Source: a virus
Taxonomy: Duplodnaviria > Caudoviricetes
Length of the DNA stretch: 43,573 bases
Virus record (IMG/VR): IMGVR_UViG_3300048577_000543
Coordinates: 1 to 43,573 of that record
Reading direction: 5' to 3' (one strand)
The position numbers were made by a program, and so were the translations under genes. Below are positions 25,855 to 34,616 of this stretch, piece after piece. Below the pieces are notes generated by a model that saw only the letters and a program-made list of their open reading frames with translations, ran no database searches and was not told the origin of the DNA. How positions within the stretch are numbered: the stretch's first letter is position 1; every line of letters begins with the position of its first letter.

Positions 25855-27591
25855 ATGCCGAGGCAAGGTGGAAGTGCGCCTTTAAAGCAACTTCAATATG
25901 ATTCTAGGGATGTTACTAGATATGGAACTCCAGACTCACCCGTAGTTTCCAGACCCATGGATACTTATTCAGGTCCAGGGAAAACCGTAACAGTCCCTAG
26001 TGGGGACCGGCTCGGCTGGACAGATAGAGCGGGTCCAATCATTGATTCGGCTACACAGAATGCTAACAAGCTTAGTAGGGCCTTAACAGACTTCAACAGC
26101 GGCATGGCATCCTACGATGAAGTCAAGAAGTTACAGAATAAAGAAGACAAAGAAGTGGGGTACTCCGATGCCATGAAGGGTGCGGATGCTCCTGATGGGG
26201 CTTCTTACGCTTACATGGCAGGGCGCTCTATGTTCTCTGGTGAAGCTGACGCAATAAAGTACGATACTGCTATTCGTGATTTCGTCACCAAGAACTCTCA
26301 GGTAATGAGCAAAGAAGACCTCATGAAAGGTATTGATGATTTACAAAGTCAATACCTAGCGAACGATAAAGATAAGTTCTACACGATGGGCTTCCATGAG
26401 CGTGGTGTTGCAGCAAAGGTCAATGGCTACCATGAGATTAATGCGGCTATCGTCAATAGGGATAAGATTAAAAACACTGAGTCCCTTAGCTCTACGCTCA
26501 TGGATGACATGAACTCAGTGTTTGCTCAGAAGATGCGGCCGGAAGACCAAGCCAAAGCTATTCGAGACCTTGTGACAATCACTCAGGATAGAGGGGACGC
26601 CGTAGGTCTCACTAAGGGCGAGGTTTCTCAGTTTGCCGTGAAGAGTCTCGTGACCATGGCCAAGGAGAAACAAGACCCTGATATCCTCCTGGCTGGCCAA
26701 GTGGCTGACAAGGACGGAATCAAACTTGAATCTCTCCATCCTGAGGCTTTCGGTGCTGCTCGGATGTATATCAACACCAAGGCAGAGCAGGATGCGCGGT
26801 TGGCCAGGGCTGAGGCCAGGGAGGCCATGCGGGACTTTAAGGACTCCTTTGGGTCCAACCTCATAGGACAACTTCAGCGGAACCAGGGTGAGTCTAACGA
26901 CGATTACACCTCTCGGGTAGCGGGGCTGCAAGAGAAAGTTAATGATGGCCTCAGGAATGGATTCACTATGGCGAACGGCCAGAAGATTCACCTTTCCCTT
27001 GGCCACGCTGAGTCCCTTACGCATTACGTGGATAAGATATCCGATGACAGCGCCTATGCTCAAACAACCAAGCCTGAGGACATTTTGAAAGCTCAGGAAA
27101 TGGTGAATCGGGGGGAGTTCAAAGGGGATGCTGCGTTAGCTCAGGTTCCATATCTGGACAAGAATGAGTTTAAGCGTGCTGTCCAAGCTAGTGCCGCCAA
27201 TGAAAGGGCGATGAATAATAGCACCTATAAGCTCCTTATGGCTCAGGCCAGCAAAAGCTCTGATGCTATGATTGACCACGACATTGTTCTGAAAAGTCGT
27301 TTGACTACTCAGCCTGAAGTCTTTGAGTCCATAAAGAATGACTCAAAGGACTACATCAAGTCCATCCTCATGGATTTCACAAAGAACAATCCTGATGGAA
27401 CCATGGACTTACCTTCCCTCAATAAGCTGACAAATGAGGCCTATGAGTACGCTAAGGCTAAGTATGGACAAAGCAAAAGCAACGCCGCTCATGGTCTCAA
27501 CACCGAAACTGACATTCACGGTAATGCCGTTGATGTGAGTCCTACGAGCATCCGAGGTAAACTCAGGGCACTTAAAGTAGGTGATAAGTAG
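25855..27591 (+). CDS. gp15-like internal virion (ejection) protein
   Basis: 578 aa, synteny; AGGAGG RBS. Confidence 0.75.
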   Translation: MPRQGGSAPLKQLQYDSRDVTRYGTPDSPVVSRPMDTYSGPGKTVTVPSGDRLGWTDRAGPIIDSATQNANKLSRALTDFNSGMASYDEVKKLQNKEDKEVGYSDAMKGADAPDGASYAYMAGRSMFSGEADAIKYDTAIRDFVTKNSQVMSKEDLMKGIDDLQSQYLANDKDKFYTMGFHERGVAAKVNGYHEINAAIVNRDKIKNTESLSSTLMDDMNSVFAQKMRPEDQAKAIRDLVTITQDRGDAVGLTKGEVSQFAVKSLVTMAKEKQDPDILLAGQVADKDGIKLESLHPEAFGAARMYINTKAEQDARLARAEAREAMRDFKDSFGSNLIGQLQRNQGESNDDYTSRVAGLQEKVNDGLRNGFTMANGQKIHLSLGHAESLTHYVDKISDDSAYAQTTKPEDILKAQEMVNRGEFKGDAALAQVPYLDKNEFKRAVQASAANERAMNNSTYKLLMAQASKSSDAMIDHDIVLKSRLTTQPEVFESIKNDSKDYIKSILMDFTKNNPDGTMDLPSLNKLTNEAYEYAKAKYGQSKSNAAHGLNTETDIHGNAVDVSPTSIRGKLRALKVGDK

Positions 27592-27593
27592 CT

Positions 27594-30500
27594 GTGGTGG
27601 ATACTATAACTTCCATGGATGAGGACGGAGCTAACCCTACCGCTGTAATCCCTAACAATTCAGAACCTCCTCTTACTACTCCTGTTGGTAATCCTTCTAC
27701 GCCTCCTCCTGTCCTTGACCGAGCGGCTCTTTACGAGAAGCTGAAGACAGGCACTAAGATAAGTGACGACGACATTCAGAATGGATTCAAAGAGGGTCTT
27801 ATCACGGAGGACGAGGCCACAACTGCTCTTGTTAAAAGGGCGTATGCTGACAACCTCTTTAAGATGGACCCTGGGGATGTTGAGTACGGTTTAGATAAAG
27901 GCATCATCCCTGAGGAGAAAGCAGAAAAATACATTGACTACAAGAGGAGTCCTATTTGGTCTAGCATCAAGGACGGCCTCAAAGGTATTCCTTATGGCAT
28001 CCAAGAGGTCAATAACTCTGTCAACAGATTAACCTCTGATTTCCTGTCCATCGGCTCCAAGCCTGCCACTTACACAAGTGATGGGGTAGACTATCAGTCT
28101 GCCGGTGGAAACTCTGTCACGCTGCCTAATGCCCATGTTGTGGATGAGCCTGACACAATTGCCGGCCAAGTCATTGGTAAGGTTGTTGAATATGGCTTGC
28201 CTTTCACTGGAGTATTAAAAGGCGCTAAGGCTCTGGAGGTAGGGGCTAGACTTGGCGAAATGCTTCCTGAGGCGCTGTCTAAGGCTGGTCCCTGGTTAGC
28301 CTCTACGATTGAGAACCTTGGAGCCGGGGCTGTCACAGACTTCACCCTGTATGACTCTAAGGATGGCCACCTAGCGGACCTTCTCAAAGAACACCTGGAT
28401 ATCAACAACACGTTGATTGATTGGCTTCGGACTGACCCGAACGATGACGCCATGACAGGACGCTTTAAGGCTATGCTTGAGGGGGGTGTCATAGGCATCC
28501 CTGTGGGCGTGGCTGTAGATGCTTTGTTCAGTACACTGTCAGTCGTTAAGAAAGCCCTTTGGGTGAAGCATGGGGATAACCCTGTAGCTGTCATCCGGGC
28601 TACCAATTGGATGGAAGACTTCAAAGGAGCAGACGAGACCTTAGGGGCCTTCAACAAGATGCCTGAGGTATCCGACCAGTCCAAAGAGCTATGGTTACCT
28701 GGGGCCAAGTCTGAGGAAGCTTCGGTAAATCCAGGGGAAGCCTTTGGGTACAAGACCCCAATGGAGGATGGTTATGTCCTCCTCCCTGGTTCCGGGGAAA
28801 AGGCAAAGGTTATTAAGGTTGATGGAGATAAGATCTTTGTGGACGCGGGGGAGGGCAAGACCATTGCCTATAACAAGGATGAGGTTGTTACCTCCGACTA
28901 TTACCGGAACATGGGCCGGAATCCTGGTGAACCCTTTGTCGTCTCAAAGGTGGAACCCAAGGTCATCTTAGGGGATGAAGGTAAACCTCTGGCCCAAGTG
29001 GTGGAGACCACAACCGAACATGGGGGAGCCGGGGCCTATCTCCAGGTTGTAGAAGACCTCAAGAATGGCGTTCCTCAGCCAGTGGCCATCAAACCAATGG
29101 AAGGCTTGCTGGATAAGCTCTCGTCGAACAGAGAGGTTCCTAGCGAGGTTTTCAGGGCTGCTGGCGTTCTCTATGAGAATCAATACGCAGAGGCTACCAA
29201 AAGCTTTACCCAGGAAGAGATTAAGAAGGAAGGCGAAAAGGCTTTCGGTCAGTTCGCAAGTACCTATGGTCTCGGTCTCAAGGAAATGAAGAGTGTTTCT
29301 CAGGCTATGGGTGATGCTCCAGCTAAAATCTATGCCTTCACCAAGCAAACAGAAGCTTACTCTCAGGCCATAATGGATAAGATTTCAAGTCTTAACATCA
29401 ATGACCTTCATGGTAAAGCTGAAGTTCTTTATCATCTACTTGAATTTAGCAAGATGAATGAACAAATACTTAGCCTTAGAAGTCTTTGGTCCAAGATAGG
29501 CCATGGCTTCCAGACTAACTATAAGCTTGATGCCTTCCGTGATGTTGTCACCCACGGGGAGTTTAGAGACATACCGGCGGCTGAACTTGAGCATCTTATG
29601 TCCAGCAAGGGTATTGATGCTGATACGCTCATTAGAGCTTTCAGTGCATCTTCAGACATGCAGACAAAGGTGGCCCTAGCGAAGTCAGCCAATGGAACTG
29701 CTCTTCATAACGCTATGGGGTACTTCCAGGCCAACATGCTTTGGAGACCTGCTACACAGTTAAAGAACATATCTGAGAACGTCTCTACGCTCCTTAGGAA
29801 TGAATGGGCTTATCACATGGCCCTCGGGTATGAAGCCGCTAACGGGAAAGGCTATGGGGCCGCTCTAAGGGAGTTTGAGTCCCACTGGTATGGTTATGGC
29901 CAGGGTCTTGTTGATTCTATCCGCCTGCCTGATTCCTTGATGGCCGCTTACAGGGACAAAGGTGTTGTTGCTGCTATTGAGGAAGTGAAGACAAACCCCG
30001 AAGTAGGGAAGCTCTGGAAAGCCCTTCTTGATGGGCACGTCAATGCCGGGGATGCTGCCTTAGCCGGAAAGACCGAGGCTGGTAAGTTCCCGGACATCTT
30101 CACCATTCTCAACGTCAAAGACCAAAACACCAAAGAATCCCTCATGAAATTAACCATGGGGGACGTCCTTACCACGCCCTTCAAGCTCCTAGCTGCTGGT
30201 GACACCCTGTTCTCCAATCCTCTTTATCACTCCAGGCTTAATACCTTGATAGCGAGAGAGGCTAACGAGAGGATTGCTTCGGGAGTCCTTAAGGCTGCTG
30301 ATGCTCATGACTTTATGACCTCTTGGAGAATGAACGTCCCTCGGGAAATCCATGAGGAGGCCACCAAGTTTGCCCAAAGGGAAGTCATGACGACACCTCT
30401 TGAGGGAACCCTGGCCAAGCTCGATAGGGCTGTGACGGATAGCGCCTCGGGGATGGTCGTTAAAGCGATGACTGTGCCGTTCCTCAAGGTCATGACGAAC

Positions 30501-31730
30501 GTGGCCCGGTACGCCTATGAAATGTCCCCTCTCAAGCTCGTGTCTGTCCTCACAGGAACGGTTGCTGAAAGAGTTCCAGGGCTAAAGGATGTCCCTCTTC
30601 TGAATGGCCTCACTCGGCTGAGTAGTTCCTTTCGAGAGGATATCGCGGCTGGTGGGATGCAGCGCTATGAGGCCCTCTCTAGGCTGTCTACAGGGAACGC
30701 CATGTTTGCTGCTGCGGTTGGTCTGCAACAGAATGGATACATCACAGGGTTTGTTCCTCCTCAGTCTAGGGACGCTTGGTCCAACGCGGGTATGCAAGGG
30801 TACTCCATCAAGCTCGGCAAGGATTGGTACTCTCTGAACTCTATGGGGCCTGCTGGTATTCTCTTAGGCCTTGCTGCCTCCTGTGGTCAGTACATGGACA
30901 TGGTTGAACACATGGACGAGATACAGGCGGATAAAAGAACTGAAGCCCTAGTGTCCTCTGCTATCCTCCTCATGACTGACCCTGTAGTTAATCAGACGAT
31001 GGGGACAGGACTCAAAGACATTGCCGCTTTGTACTACAGTCCAGAACGTATGGACATGAAGAAGATGGTCGTTAAGAAACTTACTACTCTTGTCCCTATG
31101 AGTTCTGGATTAGCTTGGCTTAATGAGACAAAGAGAAGTCTTTATGATAACGATGACTCTCTTAGAGAAGTAGTAGGGGATGCTGGTATCCTTACGACTA
31201 TCATTGAGAACGTCATAGGGAAGGGTGACCTCCCTATGAAGCGCCACGCTATCTATGGGACTGTCATGGACAGGTCCAGCCACATCTTTGGGGTACGCGA
31301 GCAAGATGTTCAAATGACCAAAGATAAGGTCTTGGAGGAAATGGTTAACATCAACGCTGGCATTTCCCCTATGTCAAAGTTCATCCATCTTGGGGGAGGT
31401 GCCCCTGTGGTTGAACTTGAACCTTCCCAATATGAACGCCTCCGGGAAATCGTCTCCACTCTGCCCGTCAAAGAGACCCTGGCGGAAGTTATCAATGACC
31501 CTGGCTATAAGAGCATCCCTGATGACTTTGCTAAAGCGAAAGTCCTTAAGGGGATTGTAAATAACTTCAGGGCCGCTGCTAGGGGCCAATTCCTTGGAGA
31601 GAATGAGGACGTCCGAAACAAAGCCATAAGTGGCCTTGAACAAAAGGCCATGGCTTACCAGAATAACGACGCGGTACGCAATCCATTTGGATATCTCCAA
31701 CACCTTTCAAAGGCTATGGATGACCAATAA
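27594..31730 (+). CDS. gp16-like large internal virion (ejection) protein
   Basis: 1378 aa, synteny just before the tail fiber. Confidence 0.8.
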   Translation: MVDTITSMDEDGANPTAVIPNNSEPPLTTPVGNPSTPPPVLDRAALYEKLKTGTKISDDDIQNGFKEGLITEDEATTALVKRAYADNLFKMDPGDVEYGLDKGIIPEEKAEKYIDYKRSPIWSSIKDGLKGIPYGIQEVNNSVNRLTSDFLSIGSKPATYTSDGVDYQSAGGNSVTLPNAHVVDEPDTIAGQVIGKVVEYGLPFTGVLKGAKALEVGARLGEMLPEALSKAGPWLASTIENLGAGAVTDFTLYDSKDGHLADLLKEHLDINNTLIDWLRTDPNDDAMTGRFKAMLEGGVIGIPVGVAVDALFSTLSVVKKALWVKHGDNPVAVIRATNWMEDFKGADETLGAFNKMPEVSDQSKELWLPGAKSEEASVNPGEAFGYKTPMEDGYVLLPGSGEKAKVIKVDGDKIFVDAGEGKTIAYNKDEVVTSDYYRNMGRNPGEPFVVSKVEPKVILGDEGKPLAQVVETTTEHGGAGAYLQVVEDLKNGVPQPVAIKPMEGLLDKLSSNREVPSEVFRAAGVLYENQYAEATKSFTQEEIKKEGEKAFGQFASTYGLGLKEMKSVSQAMGDAPAKIYAFTKQTEAYSQAIMDKISSLNINDLHGKAEVLYHLLEFSKMNEQILSLRSLWSKIGHGFQTNYKLDAFRDVVTHGEFRDIPAAELEHLMSSKGIDADTLIRAFSASSDMQTKVALAKSANGTALHNAMGYFQANMLWRPATQLKNISENVSTLLRNEWAYHMALGYEAANGKGYGAALREFESHWYGYGQGLVDSIRLPDSLMAAYRDKGVVAAIEEVKTNPEVGKLWKALLDGHVNAGDAALAGKTEAGKFPDIFTILNVKDQNTKESLMKLTMGDVLTTPFKLLAAGDTLFSNPLYHSRLNTLIAREANERIASGVLKAADAHDFMTSWRMNVPREIHEEATKFAQREVMTTPLEGTLAKLDRAVTDSASGMVVKAMTVPFLKVMTNVARYAYEMSPLKLVSVLTGTVAERVPGLKDVPLLNGLTRLSSSFREDIAAGGMQRYEALSRLSTGNAMFAAAVGLQQNGYITGFVPPQSRDAWSNAGMQGYSIKLGKDWYSLNSMGPAGILLGLAASCGQYMDMVEHMDEIQADKRTEALVSSAILLMTDPVVNQTMGTGLKDIAALYYSPERMDMKKMVVKKLTTLVPMSSGLAWLNETKRSLYDNDDSLREVVGDAGILTTIIENVIGKGDLPMKRHAIYGTVMDRSSHIFGVREQDVQMTKDKVLEEMVNINAGISPMSKFIHLGGGAPVVELEPSQYERLREIVSTLPVKETLAEVINDPGYKSIPDDFAKAKVLKGIVNNFRAAARGQFLGENEDVRNKAISGLEQKAMAYQNNDAVRNPFGYLQHLSKAMDDQ

Positions 31731-31762
31731 TATAACGAACAAAAGGAGTCTTTAAACACTTC

Positions 31763-33349
31763 ATGGCTCTTTCTTATAAAGAATATGAAGGGGATAGTTC
31801 CAATAAAAACTTTGGGACTCCTCCTTATCTTAATAAGAGCCATATACACGTGTACGTTGCTGGAGTGGAGGTTAGCTATACTTGGTTGACCTCCGCTACT
31901 GTTCAATTAGCAACTGCTCCTGTGGCTGGCTCTCGTGTAGTTGTCAAGCGCCTTACAGATATCTCCACCAAGATGGGGGTATTCACAAACGCCTCTATGC
32001 TGTCTGAAGGTACTTTGAGTGCCATGCAGACACAGCTCTTGTACTCTGTTCAAGAAGCCTCTGACGCTTCTAATGGCATCGCATTTAACTCCATTCTGAA
32101 TACGGTTGATGCTGGTGGAAGGCGCATTACCCACGTGGCTGACCCTGTTGATGCTCAAGACGTTGCGACTAAGGAGTGGGTGGAAACTCTTCCCGGAACT
32201 GACATTTCATTGGCTGTAAGTGCCGCTCAAAATGCCGCCACCATGGCTTCTAATGCAAACTTGTCTGCCCTGGCTGCTGCCCATAAGGCAATTGATGCAC
32301 AAGGGACATTAGCTTCTGTCAGACAGGAAAAAACAAACATTGAAAGTGATGTACTTGCGTCCTTAAAAATTGGACAGGAAGATGGACTAGCTACTCTTAC
32401 TCAAAAAAAGCAAGTCACTCCTTCTCAATTGTCAAATGTTCCAAATGATAATTATATCATTAATGGTAACTTTGATATTTGGCAAAGAGCATTAACACAA
32501 ACAACTAATGGTTATGGCTCTGATGATAGATGGTCTAATAGCAATAACGGCTCTACTAAGACACATAGTAGACAGGTTTTTGCTTTGGGTGAAACAGATT
32601 CTTTTGATTCTCCAGCTAAGTATTTTAGTAGAACCGTAGTTACAAGTGTTGTTGGTGCTAGTAATTTCTGCGTTAAGGGACAACGAATAGAAGGGGTATC
32701 AACATTGTCTGGTAAAAAAGCAACCTTATCGTTTTGGGCTAAAGCAGATACACCAAAGAACATTGCTATAGATTTTTATCAAAATTTTGGTACTGGCGGA
32801 ACGCCTTCAACTACGATTACTGGCATTGGTTCGCAATTGATAGCAATAACTACAACGTGGGCCAAACATGTTGTTACTGTTGATATTCCGTCGATACTTG
32901 GTAAAACTTTAGGCACGGCAGATACTGACCACTTGCAGTTGAATTTCTGGTTTGATGCTGGAACATCCTATGCAACCACCACAAGCAATATTGGTCAACA
33001 GTCTGGCACGTTTGATATTGCACAAATTAAGCTTGAAGCGGGTAGTGTTTGTACTCCGTTTGTCAGCCGGACACCTGAAGTTGAGCTTGCCGCTTGTCAA
33101 CGGTTTTTTGAAACGGGACATTGTTACATTTACGCATTAGCAACATCAAACGCCTTTGTGTCGTCTCCTTATTCGTATTTAGTTCAAAAAAGAAAAGCGG
33201 CAACCTTGTCATATACCAATTCTAGTGCTTCTAACTTAGTGGATGCGGCCTTGATTGTTAGCAGCGTAAATGGGTTTGCTGTTAACATACAGTGTAATGG
33301 TGTTGGTTCTGCCTGGGATTTTTACTATATTGCCGATGCGGAACTATAA
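31763..33349 (+). CDS. Tail fiber (gp17-type N-terminal anchor, exchanged C-terminal module)
   Basis: YEGD....F..PYL.KSHI.V.V, QLLYSVQEA, DAGGRRITHVADPVDAQDVATK; C-terminal part begins NYIINGNFDIWQR. Confidence 0.92.
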   Translation: MALSYKEYEGDSSNKNFGTPPYLNKSHIHVYVAGVEVSYTWLTSATVQLATAPVAGSRVVVKRLTDISTKMGVFTNASMLSEGTLSAMQTQLLYSVQEASDASNGIAFNSILNTVDAGGRRITHVADPVDAQDVATKEWVETLPGTDISLAVSAAQNAATMASNANLSALAAAHKAIDAQGTLASVRQEKTNIESDVLASLKIGQEDGLATLTQKKQVTPSQLSNVPNDNYIINGNFDIWQRALTQTTNGYGSDDRWSNSNNGSTKTHSRQVFALGETDSFDSPAKYFSRTVVTSVVGASNFCVKGQRIEGVSTLSGKKATLSFWAKADTPKNIAIDFYQNFGTGGTPSTTITGIGSQLIAITTTWAKHVVTVDIPSILGKTLGTADTDHLQLNFWFDAGTSYATTTSNIGQQSGTFDIAQIKLEAGSVCTPFVSRTPEVELAACQRFFETGHCYIYALATSNAFVSSPYSYLVQKRKAATLSYTNSSASNLVDAALIVSSVNGFAVNIQCNGVGSAWDFYYIADAEL

Positions 33350-33358
33350 GGAAAAATT

Positions 33359-33865
33359 ATGATAATATACACCAATAATGACTCAAGTGTTACTGGTCCC
33401 AACGGCGAAGTAATCCCAAAGGATGAAGGCAACCGGCATTACATTGAAATGCTTTCCTTGCTTGAATCTGGAGAGGCTACTTTGGTTGAGGCCCCTGTTG
33501 ACCTTGAAGCCGTCAAATTAGCTTCCTGTGGCCGGATAGACAACCGCGCCGAAGCCCTCCGCCAGAAAGTACTTACCCCTGGGGCAGGCCAAATGGCTGC
33601 TTACCAGGAAAAAGAGATTCAGGCGGCTGACCTTCTCAAAGACTCCACGCCGACCGAAGCCGAGTATCCTGACATCTTCAACGAGATTGGCATTACTGCG
33701 GATTCTGCTGGTGAGGTTGCTTCGGCTATCCTTAGGGCAAGCGAGAAATGGCGCACCTACGGGAGAGCCATTGAGAAGACTCGGCTAACAGCCAAGAAGG
33801 CTATCAATCTTGCCACGACTCCTGAAGAGGTCTCGGCTATCGAATCTGGTATTGTTTGGCCTTAA
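33359..33865 (+). CDS. Tail fiber assembly/chaperone-like protein
   Basis: IPKDEGNRHY, GQMAAYQEK, C-terminal I.WP; directly after the fiber. Confidence 0.7.
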   Translation: MIIYTNNDSSVTGPNGEVIPKDEGNRHYIEMLSLLESGEATLVEAPVDLEAVKLASCGRIDNRAEALRQKVLTPGAGQMAAYQEKEIQAADLLKDSTPTEAEYPDIFNEIGITADSAGEVASAILRASEKWRTYGRAIEKTRLTAKKAINLATTPEEVSAIESGIVWP

Positions 33866-33896
33866 ACTAACACTTTAACAATAGGATAAAAAGTCT

Positions 33897-34013
33897 ATGA
33901 ATATCATCTTGTTGGTCCCTATGCTCATTTTCTTCATTGTGATGGTTTTGCTCGTTGCTAATGGAGTTCGCCAGGGTAAGTTTCCCCGCCTCAAGGACAT
34001 CTTTGGGAAGTAA
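33897..34013 (+). CDS. 38-aa single-TM peptide (not in ORF track), possible lysis accessory
   Basis: MNIILLVPMLIFFIVMVLLVANGVRQGKFPRLKDIFGK; AGGA RBS; TAATG coupling to the next gene. Confidence 0.6.
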   Translation: MNIILLVPMLIFFIVMVLLVANGVRQGKFPRLKDIFGK

Positions 34014-34291
34014 TGGGGTTAACCGAAGTCGATATCAAAAACATCGTAAAGGAAGCTGTTAGGGAAGTAGTTAAGGAAGAAGCTTCAAAGCATGTCTGTG
34101 CCCTTGAGGCTGTTGGTGTCTCTGACGAGGTTCACTGCCAGCATCATCTTTTCTTAGAGGGTCTCCTTGCTGACCGCCAAGCCATCAAAAGGGCTTTCTT
34201 CATCGGAGTAATTACCACCGTCACCGGGGGAATCTTAGGGCTTCTCTGGTGGGGGTTTAAGAACTCTCCTGCGAAATTACCCCCTTTCTAA
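34013..34291 (+). CDS. Small protein with C-terminal TM helix at the T7 holin position
   Basis: FFIGVITTVTGGILGLLWWGF; between fiber module and terminase. Confidence 0.65.
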   Translation: MGLTEVDIKNIVKEAVREVVKEEASKHVCALEAVGVSDEVHCQHHLFLEGLLADRQAIKRAFFIGVITTVTGGILGLLWWGFKNSPAKLPPF

Positions 34292-34304
34292 TTTAACACA
34301 CGAG

Positions 34305-34382
34305 AATGGCCCATAGAGGCCTTTTAGACTCCTTCCTATGACATTCTATGGGAAAGGTTATTTCGTTCCTCTATGGGCCATT
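34305..34382 (+). repeat. Long stem-loop before the small terminase RBS (RNase III-type site candidate)
   Basis: 15-bp perfect IR AATGGCCCATAGAGG / CCTCTATGGGCCATT with an inner imperfect stem. Confidence 0.65.
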
Positions 34383-34400
34383 TAGGAGGACTCTGCCTGC

Positions 34401-34616
34401 ATGACTATCACTCGGAAAGAACAGCTAGACCAATTGTGGGATTTAATTCTGAAGGAACTCATCACACGTATCAAAGAAGGAAAAGCGTCGTCGGCTGATT
34501 TGGCAAATGCTATTCGGTTCATCAAAGAGGGGGACATTGATTCCCTCAAGGATACGTTGCCGAATGCTGAGTTCCTGAAAGACTTGGAAGACATTGATTT
34601 TCAGGAGCTTAATTAA
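34401..34616 (+). CDS. Terminase small subunit (gp18)
   Basis: RIKEGKASSADLANAIRFIKE..I; synteny; AGGAGG RBS. Confidence 0.88.
   Translation: MTITRKEQLDQLWDLILKELITRIKEGKASSADLANAIRFIKEGDIDSLKDTLPNAEFLKDLEDIDFQELN

Noticed and set aside
27594-31730. Virion-associated lytic transglycosylase domain as in T7 gp16
   Set aside because: No ES...GxxQ catalytic pattern recognisable by eye; an HMM search would be needed
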